Positions 1 to 11,615 of a stretch of DNA of 64,000 nucleotides are shown here, one piece after another; the stretch's first letter is position 1, and each line of letters begins with the position of its first letter. Source of the stretch: Yuukianura sp. NJ FZ-2021 (Eukaryota); the NCBI GenBank assembly GCA_046563655.1, contig CM102289.1, positions 6,944,001 to 7,008,000 on the forward strand. Direction: 5' to 3'. A program made the position numbers and the translations under genes. The notes below the pieces were generated by a model that saw only the letters and a program-made list of their open reading frames with translations, ran no database searches and had not been told where the DNA came from.

Positions 1-1
1 G

Positions 2-678
2 CTTCATGTTGAAAAGATGTGTCACTCCCTAGAAAGCAAAGGAAAACTCTCAAGGGAATCAGCGCATGTCGTTGAAGCGTCGTTGGAGATGAGGGGAATT
101 ATTACTGCTTCAGAGATTTTTAGTTCAATTGGGTGAGATCAGTGTTTATGTTTTGGCAACAACATGAAACCAGCACGAAAAAAATCAAAATGCGTCAAAG
201 TTGAGATGCGATGGAACAAAATCGTTATTTGAAACTAAACAAGTTTTTCGGGAAAATTTTTTAGGTACATTGCGTATGAGCCTACGTTCTGCTAGGGATC
301 AGTCACACTATTGAGAGCATGACTAAATGGCTCATGCACGTTTGCATGTTTGCCAAAAAATTAGCAAGCTACTGTTTCTTCCCAGTAAAAAAAATTTGCA
401 ACGATTTTTGCGGCTTTCCTCGACATGACGTTTTATTGAATCGTAAAGTTTGTTGACAATTTGTCAAATTTATGTAAGAGGCATTAAAGTTAATGGAAGT
501 TTTTTCTCCTATAGTTATTGGAATGATGATATTTTACAATAGAAATGGGTTTGACGCATTGGCCTTGACAGAAATTCAGATGGGGATATTTGATACATTT
601 GGTTCAGTTCTCTAGAGAGATTTGGAGATTTGACCTTTGACCTTCTTTATAGATGAGCCGAAATTCTTGGAAATTTGA
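2..678 (+). pseudogene. 3' part of a divergent MpaB/Lcp-like oxygenase paralog (partial; probably disrupted or mis-sequenced)
   Basis: Manual splicing (exons about 2-132, 265-442, 515-601, 653-678) gives LSRESAHVVEASL...VLLNLIGMMIFYNRNGFDALALTEIQMGIFDTFDE. This resembles the C-terminus of the 2477 gene (MDDESKVVLEVSV...FLLRGMIQVSAIKHLGFDILKPHDFTSGILTYDE). The 132/265 junction cannot be joined in frame (TAG at 293-295 or TGA at 277-279). Confidence 0.45.
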
Positions 679-1524
679 ATCCTAGTACCAGCAGTAAGCT
701 TCGTCCAAATGACATTCTCCGGAACGGTATCCATGAGCACGACAGCATTGTGCTTGTTCGCGTGAAATTCGATCACAGTCCAGGCTACATGGTGCCACGA
801 GAACGCCTTCTTCAATGTTATCAGCCAGAATTTCTGAAAGAAAAAAACGAATCATAAAAATAGTTTTGAAAATATTTGCACAAATTCTTTGCTAAGAGTT
901 TCGTAGAATCCTGGCGTTTATCGAGGTAGAAGAGCCGCAGTTTAAAAATGGGAAATTTTGATACGGAATCTTGCGGTTTCTTGCTTACCATGGAATGACG
1001 CAGGTCGGTTTCGGTTTTGTATCAGCTCGGGTTCTAAAAAAATCAATTCATTTTCCGCTGCTGCTGGAAAACCTACAGCGATTTGCGAATTCAACAACGT
1101 CAAAACAATTTGGAAAAATAATAGTTTTTCCACCATGTTGTTGTGTATTTTAGAAAATCTGAATCTTCAGACTGATTATTTTGTCAATTTGGCTACGTAG
1201 AAGCAAGCGTGAAACACAGAACAAAATAAAAATAAAAATTGTTGAAACAGGTATTTTTTCCTACTCGAAATACTTTTTGACCAAGTTTTTTTTTTTACTT
1301 TTTTTTTTCGAAAACATACCAGCCAGCACTACATGTAGAAAGAGCAAAGCAAACAGACCTCCTTGAGCTAAATTCTAAATTTGGAACAAGATTCTTGGAA
1401 AAAGAGATTTCTTGCGAAAATTCTACGCCCCGAATTCAATGAAATTCAAACAAGATTCCTAATAGCGAAATTATCTGCTTGAGCAAATAAACTTTGCACA
1501 CATTTCCTGTTCCCTTGCCTGCTG

Positions 1525-1907
1525 GGTTACATGCCATTTCGCCGAATGGTTTACCACGAACCGGATTTGGACGAATGAATTTCGTCGAAACGAATTACCT
1601 CGAAGGGTCATTTACTGCGAAAGGTTACTTCGAAATCCAACTACAACGAAAGGAATTACTGCGAAAGTCGATTTACCACGAAAGTTGAATTTACAACGAA
1701 AGAGATACAGGCAAAACCTAAATCTAACAAAAACCTGTTACGTGTAGTTTCTATTACCCAGTTAATAACTTAACACATGATAACACATAACATAAATACT
1801 ACAAGTACATTGAGTGAATGAAAGAGTACAATTTACCTTTCGAAGTAATTCGTTTCGTCGAAATGCGCTTCGTAGTAAATCATTCCCTCAACCAATGGCG
1901 TGCTACC
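1525..1907. mobile_element. Non-autonomous foldback/MITE-like DNA element
   Basis: Terminal inverted repeats GGTTACATGCCATT (1525) and AATGGCGTGCTACC (to 1907). Subterminal arms are inverted (atttcgtcgaaacgaattacctcgaa vs ttcgaagtaattcgtttcgtcgaaat) and built from ~15-16-bp ...ttac..cgaa units. Degenerate 8-bp target duplication gcctgctg/gcctggtt. Confidence 0.7.
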
Positions 1908-2288
1908 GCCTGGTTGCATAGTTTGCCAATTTTGTCGGGTGATACATATTGACATGATTCACAATATTATAAAACTACACAAATTTTTTGGTTACTTTGC
2001 CAGAACTTATTATGAACAACCTACTACGCATGTCTAAATCAATCTCTTATTTACTAAACTGGCATTACTAGTTAATCCAAAATATAACAAAAACATGTTT
2101 AGTTGGATAATTTAGATTCAAAGTTTTTGTCAAAATCCAGTTTAGTATTTTTATATTTTGGTGATTTGTATTGCTTCACACTAGTACAGTAGCTGATGAA
2201 GCGTTCAGGATCGTAATGTGATCAGCGTGTATAAATTTGCGAAAACCAGGAAGTGTTTGGAACTTGGCGATATGTGGTCCAATTAAAC

Positions 2289-2311
2289 AGGACTTTTACC
2301 TTGACCATGAT
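2289..2311 (+). promoter_or_regulatory. Conserved upstream block of oxygenase-like gene A (identical copy at 4252-4274 upstream of gene B)
   Basis: 23-bp exact match AGGACTTTTACCTTGACCATGAT about 190-215 bp upstream of both ATGs, within otherwise diverged flanks. Confidence 0.5.
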
Positions 2312-2476
2312 GAGTTTAAACTGTTAAGTATAACATTAGTGTCGGTACAGGTTCTCCAGGTGGACCAGGTTGGATGTAAAAGCTATTGCAAAGTTTTACC
2401 GAAAATTTAGTAAAAACAATTTTCGAAATTATGAAATTTTTCTAGTGTGGGACAATAGGCATTTTAAAAGTAGAAA

Positions 2477-3986
2477 ATGGCAATTCTTTGGGTTTTAATT
2501 TTGTGTGTGATAATTTTTATGCCAACCTCGCACGGCTACAAACACGTCGAGCCATTTTTTGATTCAAAGACGCAATCGGTTGTGTGTTACAAATCGGATT
2601 CCAGTGATTCTCTATTAGATGCAAATTCAGTAAGAAACGACGCCGTTCCTTGCCTTGTGTCGGTTCAAAAACTCCGAGCTGGTCGACAAGAAGTGGCTGC
2701 TATTGGTCAGCATTATACCGAACCGCCATCATGGGTCAACGTGACACTGGCTACTATTGGTCAGAAGTTTATGCAGAAAAACCTTGTTGGATTTCTGTAT
2801 AGTATTGGATTAGCATCACTCCTCGTTGGGAGTTCCGTCGATGCTTTACGTGTTATCGGAAGTGCTGGAAATATCACCCGACCGGAAACGGCCGGACGAC
2901 GATACCTTGGAAATCTGTTGCACTTTTGGTTTTGGGCACACGGTGACCTGGACAATTCAAACAATGGCGCCAATTTCAACCCAAATTTTGAAAGATACCA
3001 CTGGAATCAATCGGATTTCTTTGATTCTTTGAATCTGATTAGATCTGTCCATGAAAAAGTATCACATCAAACACATCAGTTCAAGCATTTATACACTGTG
3101 CCACTCGTTTCTAAACAAAAGGACAAGGTGGAATTCAACGAGCGTTTGTGGGAAGCATTTGAAAAAGATGTTGCTGGTTCAAAACTTAAAAAATTTCAAA
3201 ATACGCCAATTTTCCCGCCGAAAAATGGTGGCACTGAGTACTACTTGAATCAGTTTGCAATGGCGATACAGTTTTGGGCATTCGTGGCTCTACCAATCAT
3301 GAATCCCGAAAAGGCTTTACTGATTGGACGGCCAAATGAAGAAGAGTTGCGCGGATACATGCATTTCTGGGGACTCATTGCGCATGTCATGGGCATTCGA
3401 CCGGAATACAACGTTTGTCTGCAGCCAGACGTCCACACTGCAAAAATTTACTTTCGAAATTTAATGGAAGAATATTTTGTTCCAGGCCTATTTCAGATGG
3501 ACGATGAATCGAAAGTTGTTTTGGAAGTCTCCGTCAAGGTAAAGCTTCATAAGATAATTTTTCTTTGTTTTCTGAAATTTTGATTTTTGTTTCTAGGGAA
3601 TAACAAAAATTTATCCATTCGTGGATCCAACTTTTGCATTGAAGCAACTTTGTGAAGATCTTCTTTTAATAGAAACAAAAAATATTCAAAAAGTTTTGTC
3701 TCCGCAGGCAAGAGCTTTCAACTCGTTCTTTAAAAATTACCGATATCTTACGAATTATCCAACGACAAATTTCGGTGTCAAATTTTTACTTCGCGGTATG
3801 ATTCAAGTGAGTGCCATTAAGCATCTTGGATTCGACATTCTCAAGCCACATGACTTTACGAGCGGAATTTTGACTTATGATGAATCTGTTCTGGATACAA
3901 CAAATCTTTGGCTTTGGCTCAACAATACAAAATCAACCAGTACAAAGGATTCTGGCTCTTTGAAATGGAACTTGAAATTAAATTAA
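2477..3986 (+). CDS. Secreted MpaB/Lcp (DUF2236; ER-bound oxygenase/rubber oxygenase catalytic domain)-like heme protein, copy A
   Basis: Exons 2477-3538 and 3597-3986 join in frame (KG-ITKIYPF). N-terminal signal peptide. Family-type motifs PSWVN..LA..GQKF, RRYLGN..H, SLNLIRSVH (RxxH), LNQFAM..QFWAF, EEELRGYMHFWGLIAHVMGIRPEYN.C. Confidence 0.75.
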
Positions 3987-4465
3987 GCTAAGCTACTTTT
4001 TTGCAATATTATAGTTAATCCAAACTGCGAAAATGAACAACATTTAAGTGATTTGAATAGGTGATGATTTGGATTTATTTTTTTCTCTGCCGAAAACCAG
4101 TTCCGTGTGAATGTATTTTGATGTTTTGTATTCCTATAGTTTGTTTATATGGAATTTTCTTCTGTACTTTCAAGATCAAATTGTGTTAAACTTATGTACG
4201 CAGTAATTGTACAACAATTACGTATAGGCAAGGGATTTTTCGAGAATAAAGAGGACTTTTACCTTGACCATGATCAGTTTACATGTGAAATTGTTAAGAC
4301 TAAGGTTGTAAGACTGGCTATAAGTTTTTTAGGTGGACAAGTGACGGAGGTTGACCAGTTGACATTGCGCAACTTGAAGTTTAACTTTGTAGAAAAAAAA
4401 ATTGGGCCTAGAATTTTCCAGATTTCAATCAAATTGAACACAAAATTTTCGTAAGGTTAGAGAGA

Positions 4466-5962
4466 ATGGGAACTTTGTGGGTTTCAGTTTTGTTTGTTCT
4501 TGTTGCGCCGAAATCTTTTGGATACAAAAATGTTGAGCCATTTTTTGATTCCAAGTCACAGTCCGTGATGTGCTACAAATCAGTTTCTGATGACAATTCG
4601 GTACGAAGCGAAGCCGTTCCGTGCTTGGTGCCCGTTCCGAATCTTCGAGCTGGTCGACAAGAGCCGGCGGCCGTTGGCCAGCATTATACCGAACTGCCAT
4701 CTTGGGTCAACACAACACTGGCAACAATTGGACAACAATTCATGCGGAAAAATCTAGTTGGGTTTTTGTACAGCGTTGGACTGTCGTCACTTCTCGTCGG
4801 AACTTCCGTTGACGCTCTGCGTGTAATCGGAAGTGCTGGGAATATTACCCGACCGGAAACGGCTGGAAAACGCTATCTTGGAAATCTGTTACACTTTTGG
4901 TTTTGGGCACACGGAGACTTACACAATCAAAACACGAATTTTGAAAATTACCGCTGGAACCAATCTGATTTGTTTGAATCTCTCAATCTGATTCGGTCCG
5001 TCCACACCAAAGTGTCATACCAAACACATCAATTCAAAAATTTATATACAGTTCCAATAGTTTCAAAAGAAAATGATAAAGTGGAAGTGAACGAACGTTT
5101 ATGGGAAGCTTTTGAAAAAGATATTGCAGCTTCGCATTTGATAAAATTTCAAAATACGACGATTTTCCCGCCAAGAAATGGCGGGACGGAGTACTACTTG
5201 AATCAGTTTGCAATGATATTGCAGTTTTGGGCATTTGTGGCTCTACCAATCATGAGTCCTGAACGGGCACTGCTGATTGGACGACCAACTGAAGAAGAGT
5301 TGCGCGGATACCTACATTTTTGGGGACTCATTGCGCATGTCATGGGCATTCGACCGGAGTACAACATTTGCCTTCAACCGAACGTCGAAACTGCTAGAAT
5401 TTACTTTCGAAATTTGATGGAGGAATACTTTGTTCCTGGTTTGTTTCAAATGGACTACGAATCGAAAGTTGTTTTAGAAGTCTCCACGAAGGTAAACTCT
5501 TAGGCAGACCATTTTAAAGCACTTTTCAAAAATTTGCCAGAAATTTTGATTTTCAAATTTTCATTTTCATAGGGAATAACAAAAGTTTACCCATTCGTGG
5601 ATCCAACAATTGCACTGAAACAGCTTTGCCAAGATGTACTTTTAATTGAAACAAAAAATATCCAAAAAGTTTTGTCTCCACAAGCACGCCCATATAACTT
5701 TATTTTAAAAAATTTCGGCTTTTTTACAAATTATCCCTTGACAAATTCCGGTGTGAAATTTGTGCTTCGCGGCATGATTCAAATCAGCACTATTAAAAAC
5801 CTTGGGTTTGACATTCTCCGTCCAGATAATTTTACGCGAGGAATTTTGAACTACGATGAAGCTGTGCTGGATACAACAAATCTTTGGCTTTGGCTCAACA
5901 ATACAAAATCAAGCAACGGAAAAAACTCTGGTCGTATTAAATGGAGCAACAACTTGAAATAA
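4466..5962 (+). CDS. Secreted MpaB/Lcp-like heme protein, copy B (tandem paralog)
   Basis: Exons 4466-5491 and 5573-5962. Same intron position, signal peptide and motifs as copy A; high protein similarity. Confidence 0.75.
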
Positions 5963-6030
5963 AATTAAACTTTTTTCGAATTCATTTTTTAGCTGTTTTG
6001 AACAAAACAAAACTATTTCTTATTTGAAAA

Positions 6031-9000
6031 TCAAAATCTCGTTGTTACTACCAAGTGATAAATAAAAGTAAATACAACAAACGCTCCAGCAAAAGCTATG
6101 GATGAGGCAAAGGCAATCCAAACTTTTAGGCGACTCAACCCCCATCCCTTGAGCAAAATACTTTTGAGTCCAAGGCTGGACAAAGTTCCTGGATAAACAT
6201 ATCCCACATACTTCAGAATCAATGGGAATCCTTCCAGAGGAACTATTGTTCCTAGTCAAAGGTCAAAGGTCAACATTTTTGCTAAGATAAACATTGGTCA
6301 CTAAAATTTGATGCCAAAAATCTTACCTGATATCAAGAAAGTTGGAACCGCTGCAGCTACCAGAAACAATACCGCGAATGGTCCGTTTTTGAAAATGGCG
6401 GCAACAAGGACTCCTGCGAGTGAAGTTACATAAAAATTTTAAGACATGTTTTCAAAAAACATGTTTGAAATTACCAAATGCGATTCCGCAAATGCCTTCT
6501 GTGAGTGTAAGTGTGAATGCCAATGGGACGGAGCCAATTGTGGGAACATTCAAAAGGCAAATAATAGTGATGTAGGCAAACAGAGTTTGAAAAAATAGAA
6601 GAAACGTTAGACTGCAAAGGTGGGCTAGCAGGATATCAAAGTGATACACTCCAATTGCCGCGATTCGTTCAAATTTCCCGCTTTGTTTTTCAGAGAGCAG
6701 AATCATGGCTGAAACCAGAGATGCGTAGAACGTTATCACTTGAATTGTCACTCCAGGAACTATGAACGACGACGGAGTGAAATTTTCTCCGCCGAATGTC
6801 GCAGATTCAAACTGTGAAATATTTTTGGAAATTATTACACATAAAATTTCCTCAAAGTTCAAAATTTTTGTTTACCAGAATCGGTCCATTTCGAAAATTT
6901 GTTTCAGAATTGGGGTAATTGAAAACAACGGAATGAAAATTTGTCGATACGACATTTTTCAACCAGGAGGCTACAGGAACGTCTAAAGTGTCAAAATTAT
7001 GTTCAAGTGATTTCAAAATTTTGTTTGAAAAAGGATGTTTCAGTTGAAAGAAATTTTTAAAACACGGCCGTACTTGTCGTATCCAAAATGACTTTGAGAA
7101 GCTCTTGATTAGTTGAATTTGCGTCTTCAGTTTGATTCGTTGACTCAGATAGGATTGTGAGGTATCCGTAGATTATTCCGTCAAGAACGTCTGTACGTGC
7201 GTCATCTTCCGACGCATAAGGAATCTTTCATGATTTTAAAGATTTTTTAAAAATATTTTTCTAAAAAAAATTTCAATTGGGTGTGTGTTTTGTTTCGATT
7301 TCTTACCAAATCTAAACTTTCTCGCTGCAACCGACTAAAGAATTGACAACTGAGAGAGTCTGCACAGCTCTCAAACGTTTGGAAATCTGAATCTGAAATT
7401 GTACCAAAAACAATTCCTGTGTCGTTGCTCACGAATCCAAATTTCAAGTCTCGTGGTGCGAACGTTAGAGAGATTGAAACGACATAAATTGTGAGCGACG
7501 GTAACAGCATCAAAATTAGAATTAACCTAAATGAAAAAAAATCGAACTGAATTCATAGTCAGAACAATTGAAATTATTAGAATTTACCATAACATCTTAG
7601 ATCCTAGTAGAACGTTTTTCAAAACTAAAGCTACGAGCTTGTCAATCATTCTCGTCAAGTCTCTTTTCCCGACATTCCACGAAGATTGCCGAAGGAGAAT
7701 TGAAATCGGTTTACTAAAATTTAGTCCATCGTCTTTCGATTTGGCTCTTGGATCAACACCAATGGAATTCCATCTATTTTGACTAGAACGTTCTCTATGA
7801 TCTTCTTGACAAATTTTCAAAATTGCGCCTTCCAAGCAAGGCGCGACATGTTTAGCAATGAGTGCCGACGGAGATGCTTCGGCAACTAATCGCCCAGAAC
7901 GTAAAATCCCAATCTAAACAGTAAATTGTAAACTTTTAGTTTCAAAATTATGTTTATGAATTACCGAAGCTTTTTTTTTAATTTTGCAAATCGTACCACA
8001 GGTTCCATGCCATTGCATCAATTGAATTGTGTCAACGACAATTGTATCAATTGAATTGTATCAATTTGAATTGCATCAACGCCTAATTGTATCAACGAGC
8101 CAATTGTATCAACTGGAGAATTGTGTCAACTGGCGAATTGTGTCAACTGGCGAATTGTATCAACTGGGAAATTGTATCAACTGCGCAATTGTATCAACTG
8201 GGAAATTGTGTCAACTGGTAAATCTGGTAAATTATGGTTCAAATTTTTATTTAGAAAAACAGGCGTAATTAGTTTATTTTCTAGTCAACTAACTCATACC
8301 CAAACATTGTCTATAAAGGAAAACAATTTTTAAAATATTTTATTTTAAATTTAAATTTAAAATAATAAAATTCAACTTTAAATTTAAATTTACTTTAATA
8401 TTTAAAATTTTAAAACAATTAGTTGACTAGAAAAAAAAATTAATTACGCCTGTTTTTCTGAATAAAAATTTGAAGCATAATTTACCAGTTGACAATTCCC
8501 AGTTGATGCAACTGCCCAGTTGATACAATTTCCCAGTTGATACAATTCGCCAGTTGACACAATTCTCCAGTTGATACAATTAGCTCGTTGATACAATTGG
8601 CTCGTTGATATAATTGGCTCGTTGATGCAATTCAAATTGATACAATTCAATTGATACAATTGTCGTTGACACAATTCAATTGATGCAATGGCGTGCACCC
8701 GTACCACATCCGCCACGCTAATTTCATATGCTGACGCAGATGCTATTATAACAGTTGTTTTGCTTTCCGCTACAAGCTCCCGGATATGTTTCCAGACGCT
8801 AGAATTTTAGTAAACTTTAAATACAAAATTTCATAAAGCTGACTTGCATTCGTACGTTTCACGCGCCAACGGATCCATACTTAGCGTCGGTTCGTCCATA
8901 ACCAAAATTTCTGGTTCATGGATCAGAGCTACAATGAATGAGACGAGTTGCTTCTCGTCTGACCTGCGCAGTTGTAGAAACAATTAACTTTAGTATTTTT

Positions 9001-9745
9001 TTTTCGAACTTTCAAAAGCTGAACTTTTACCTAAAATGACGAATTTGACCATTACAATTCTCTAGGCCAAGGAGGGTAACAAAATACTTGCGTTTGGATT
9101 CAACATCATCATATTTCATGCCATAAAATTTTCCAAAATAGTGCAGCGTCTCCCTTAACGTAAACAGTTCATGAAGCGCTAGGGACTGCGGCATAAATCC
9201 AATTCGTTTTCCAGGCACTCCAGAACCTCTACATCCAGCTCGAAATCCACGTACAAAGATTGTTCCAGAATCCAAAGCTTGAATTCCAAGAAGACATGAG
9301 AGGGCAGTTGTTTTTCCACTTCCAGAAGCACCATACAGTCCATATCTTGTGATAACAAAAACATACATAAGTAAACTGACCTTGGAAAAAGTTGACCTCG
9401 TTTGGAAATTTGACCTTTACAGGCTACGTCTTACATTGTACTTTCTTTAATCGTGATGTTTATATTTCTCAAAACTGCGTTTTGTCCAAAACTTTTAAAA
9501 ACTGAATCAAAGACGACTGTTGGGCGAGCCGAAAATTGAACACTTTTACGCGGTCCATTCCCGGAGCTTTTTCGACGCGGCACGTATGTCTCTGGTTCAC
9601 TGTTTCTGCGTTCCTCTTCAAATGCTGCGTTGATTTTGCTAAGCAAAAACAAAATAAAGCTTTTCCTCAAAATTTTGAAAAAAAAAATTAATAAATTTTA
9701 AATCAGTTCTTACGTCAGTCGCTCTTGTACAGTTGTTGCCGCCAT
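6031..9745 (-). CDS. ABC transporter subfamily H (NBD-TMD half-transporter) with degenerate NBD
   Basis: ATG at 9745. Exons include 9745-9714, 9638-9435, 9345-9031, 8963-8856, 8798-8705 and 7913 onward. Walker A GASGSGKTT, ABCH-typical GVPGKRIGFMPQ, Walker B ILVMDEPT, IGILRSGRLVAEASP. TMD motifs FIVPGV, EKQSGKFERI and C-terminal LKSILLKGWG; stop 6031-6033. Confidence 0.85.
8001..8700. mobile_element. Foldback-type non-autonomous DNA transposon in an ABCH intron
   Basis: ~290-bp inverted arms made of 13-17-bp AATTGTATCAAC(TGG) units around an AT-rich spacer. Termini GGTTCCATGCCATT and AATGGCGTGCACCC. Perfect target duplication GTACCACA at 7993-8000 and 8701-8708 (9 bp if the adjacent C is counted). 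Confidence 0.9.
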
Positions 9746-11615
9746 TTTTGAAATTCACTGGACGAGGAAGCACTACTGCAAATTACATTTCCGCAAACTT
9801 GTCATGCGAACTTCACATTACCAATAGGTTCAGTTAAAAAACTTGCAACAATGCTGGAAATATTTTCATTAAATTCGTCCAAAAATGCTGTTTCAAACAA
9901 ATAATTTTTGAAAAGTACAATGCGATTTCGAAAATAACTTTTGACCAGAACTATTTAATCAGCTTCTAACTCGGATTGGATTCAAAAGTGGTCTAATGGA
10001 AGGTTAACCTTGATTCTGCTTTTGCTAAAAAAATTGTTTGGAGTTGTGCGAAATTTTCTTGAGATTATTGCGGCTCAGGGAAGGTTTTGTAACTTGAACT
10101 TCAATGTTGATGTACACATTGAAATCTCCACTTCAAAAGTGTATAAATTGGAAATGGAAACAAGTTTTTGCAATGTTGCAAATTTGCCAAAATTTTGTGG
10201 TCTCGTTTACTTGCTGCTGGAAAGTAGTGTGTTAAAGTTTCCAAACCTTTTCCACTAGAGTGGTTAGATCTCTTGTACGGAAATTCAAGACTAGTAAAGT
10301 TACAGATGTGGTTTTAATTAAAGTTGACGATGTGAAAAAGCAAGTTACGTCTACACTGAAAGTCAATCTGTGTCGCAAAAAATGAAGTCAGCTTTCATTA
10401 GAATGTGATTAACGACTTCGTGCTAAACTTTTTTCAGAAGATACAAATTCGCGGAACTGGAACTACTAGAAATGTGAGTGTATGGAAAGTGTCTGGAAGT
10501 GAATGCAAAATATTATCCTAATTGGGTCTTCTTCAGGTTGGCATGCTTAGTGGTATTTTATGATTTATGGACATTTGATCTTACCCTTGCTCAATGTGAA
10601 CATGCCAATGACATGACATTCATAACATCCAAGGGCACTATAATTTCATCCTCTTTCTTTTCCAATTTATTACTAAACCAGTTTAAGCACTACTCTGAAC
10701 GCAACAACAATCAATTGAAGGCTTTTACTACCGTTTCCAACGGAAAGCAAATTGGGCAAGTCCTAATGAAGCACGCAAAAAAAAAACAGATTTATTCTTG
10801 GTACATGCTTGGGCAAATCGCCTATAACGTTTCTAAACAGAAAAAAAAATCCCCGAAAAAAATTTCATTACTATTATAAAAGTTCCTAACTTTAAGCAAC
10901 CAAAAGCAAATACATAAAAATGAATTTAATTTTCAAATTTCAAAGTCCGAGAATTTTTTAATTGATTTTGTATGAGGCGTGATCTACACCGCAATTGAAA
11001 AAAAAAATTTAGTGATCAACTTACCTCGAATAACTAACTTTTGGAAGAAAAATTTTTTGGAGTAAAATTATGAAATAGGATCTATTGGACAATTTCCAAC
11101 TTTGTACAAGTTTTTTGAAAATTTGGCTTTTGAATTTGGTATGGAGGCGGTTTGCCCATGCATGATCTTCTGTGCCAAGAATTTTGAGTGGCCTTTAAGT
11201 GTTTCCCTTTACTTAACACTTTAACTACGAATTAAAAAAAGTTGTTGTCAAGGTCAAGTCCAGACCTCACTTGCATAATATCTTTGCATAACTTTTTGAA
11301 CAGTGTGAATATATTCCTGTTTCAAATCAAGGATACCATCAAAAGTTGTTCCTTCAGGAAAAGTAAAATTTCCCAACCAATTTACGTTATTAACGTAATA
11401 TAAATCTTGTAGTTGACCATCCTCTTCAACAAAATTAGTTTTCAACTGGAAGTACGAAGTACCAGATTCAACCTACTAATTCCGAAGTAATGTTATAAAA
11501 TGGAAGGATTGACGTCATAAATAAATTTCAGAATGCTTACAGCAAAACCTTTTTACTAAAAAGTTATGTTTTGAATCAACAATTTTTTATTAAACTTTTT
11601 TTTCAAGGAAGCGTG

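Noticed and set aside
675..857. 60-aa ORF downstream of the partial oxygenase paralog
   Set aside because: Cannot be joined in frame to the preceding exon and has no recognisable motif.
8008..8230. CRISPR-like appearance of short repeats
   Set aside because: No unique spacers, no cas genes and a eukaryotic context; these are tandem units within inverted arms.
8029..8716. Repetitive ORFs (IVSTGELYQL...) on both strands
   Set aside because: Translation artefacts of the foldback element arms.
11254..11445. Protein-like minus-strand ORF fragment (FVEEDGQLQDLYYVNN...)
   Set aside because: No ATG or partner exons found and no family recognised; may be a remnant but is unsupported.
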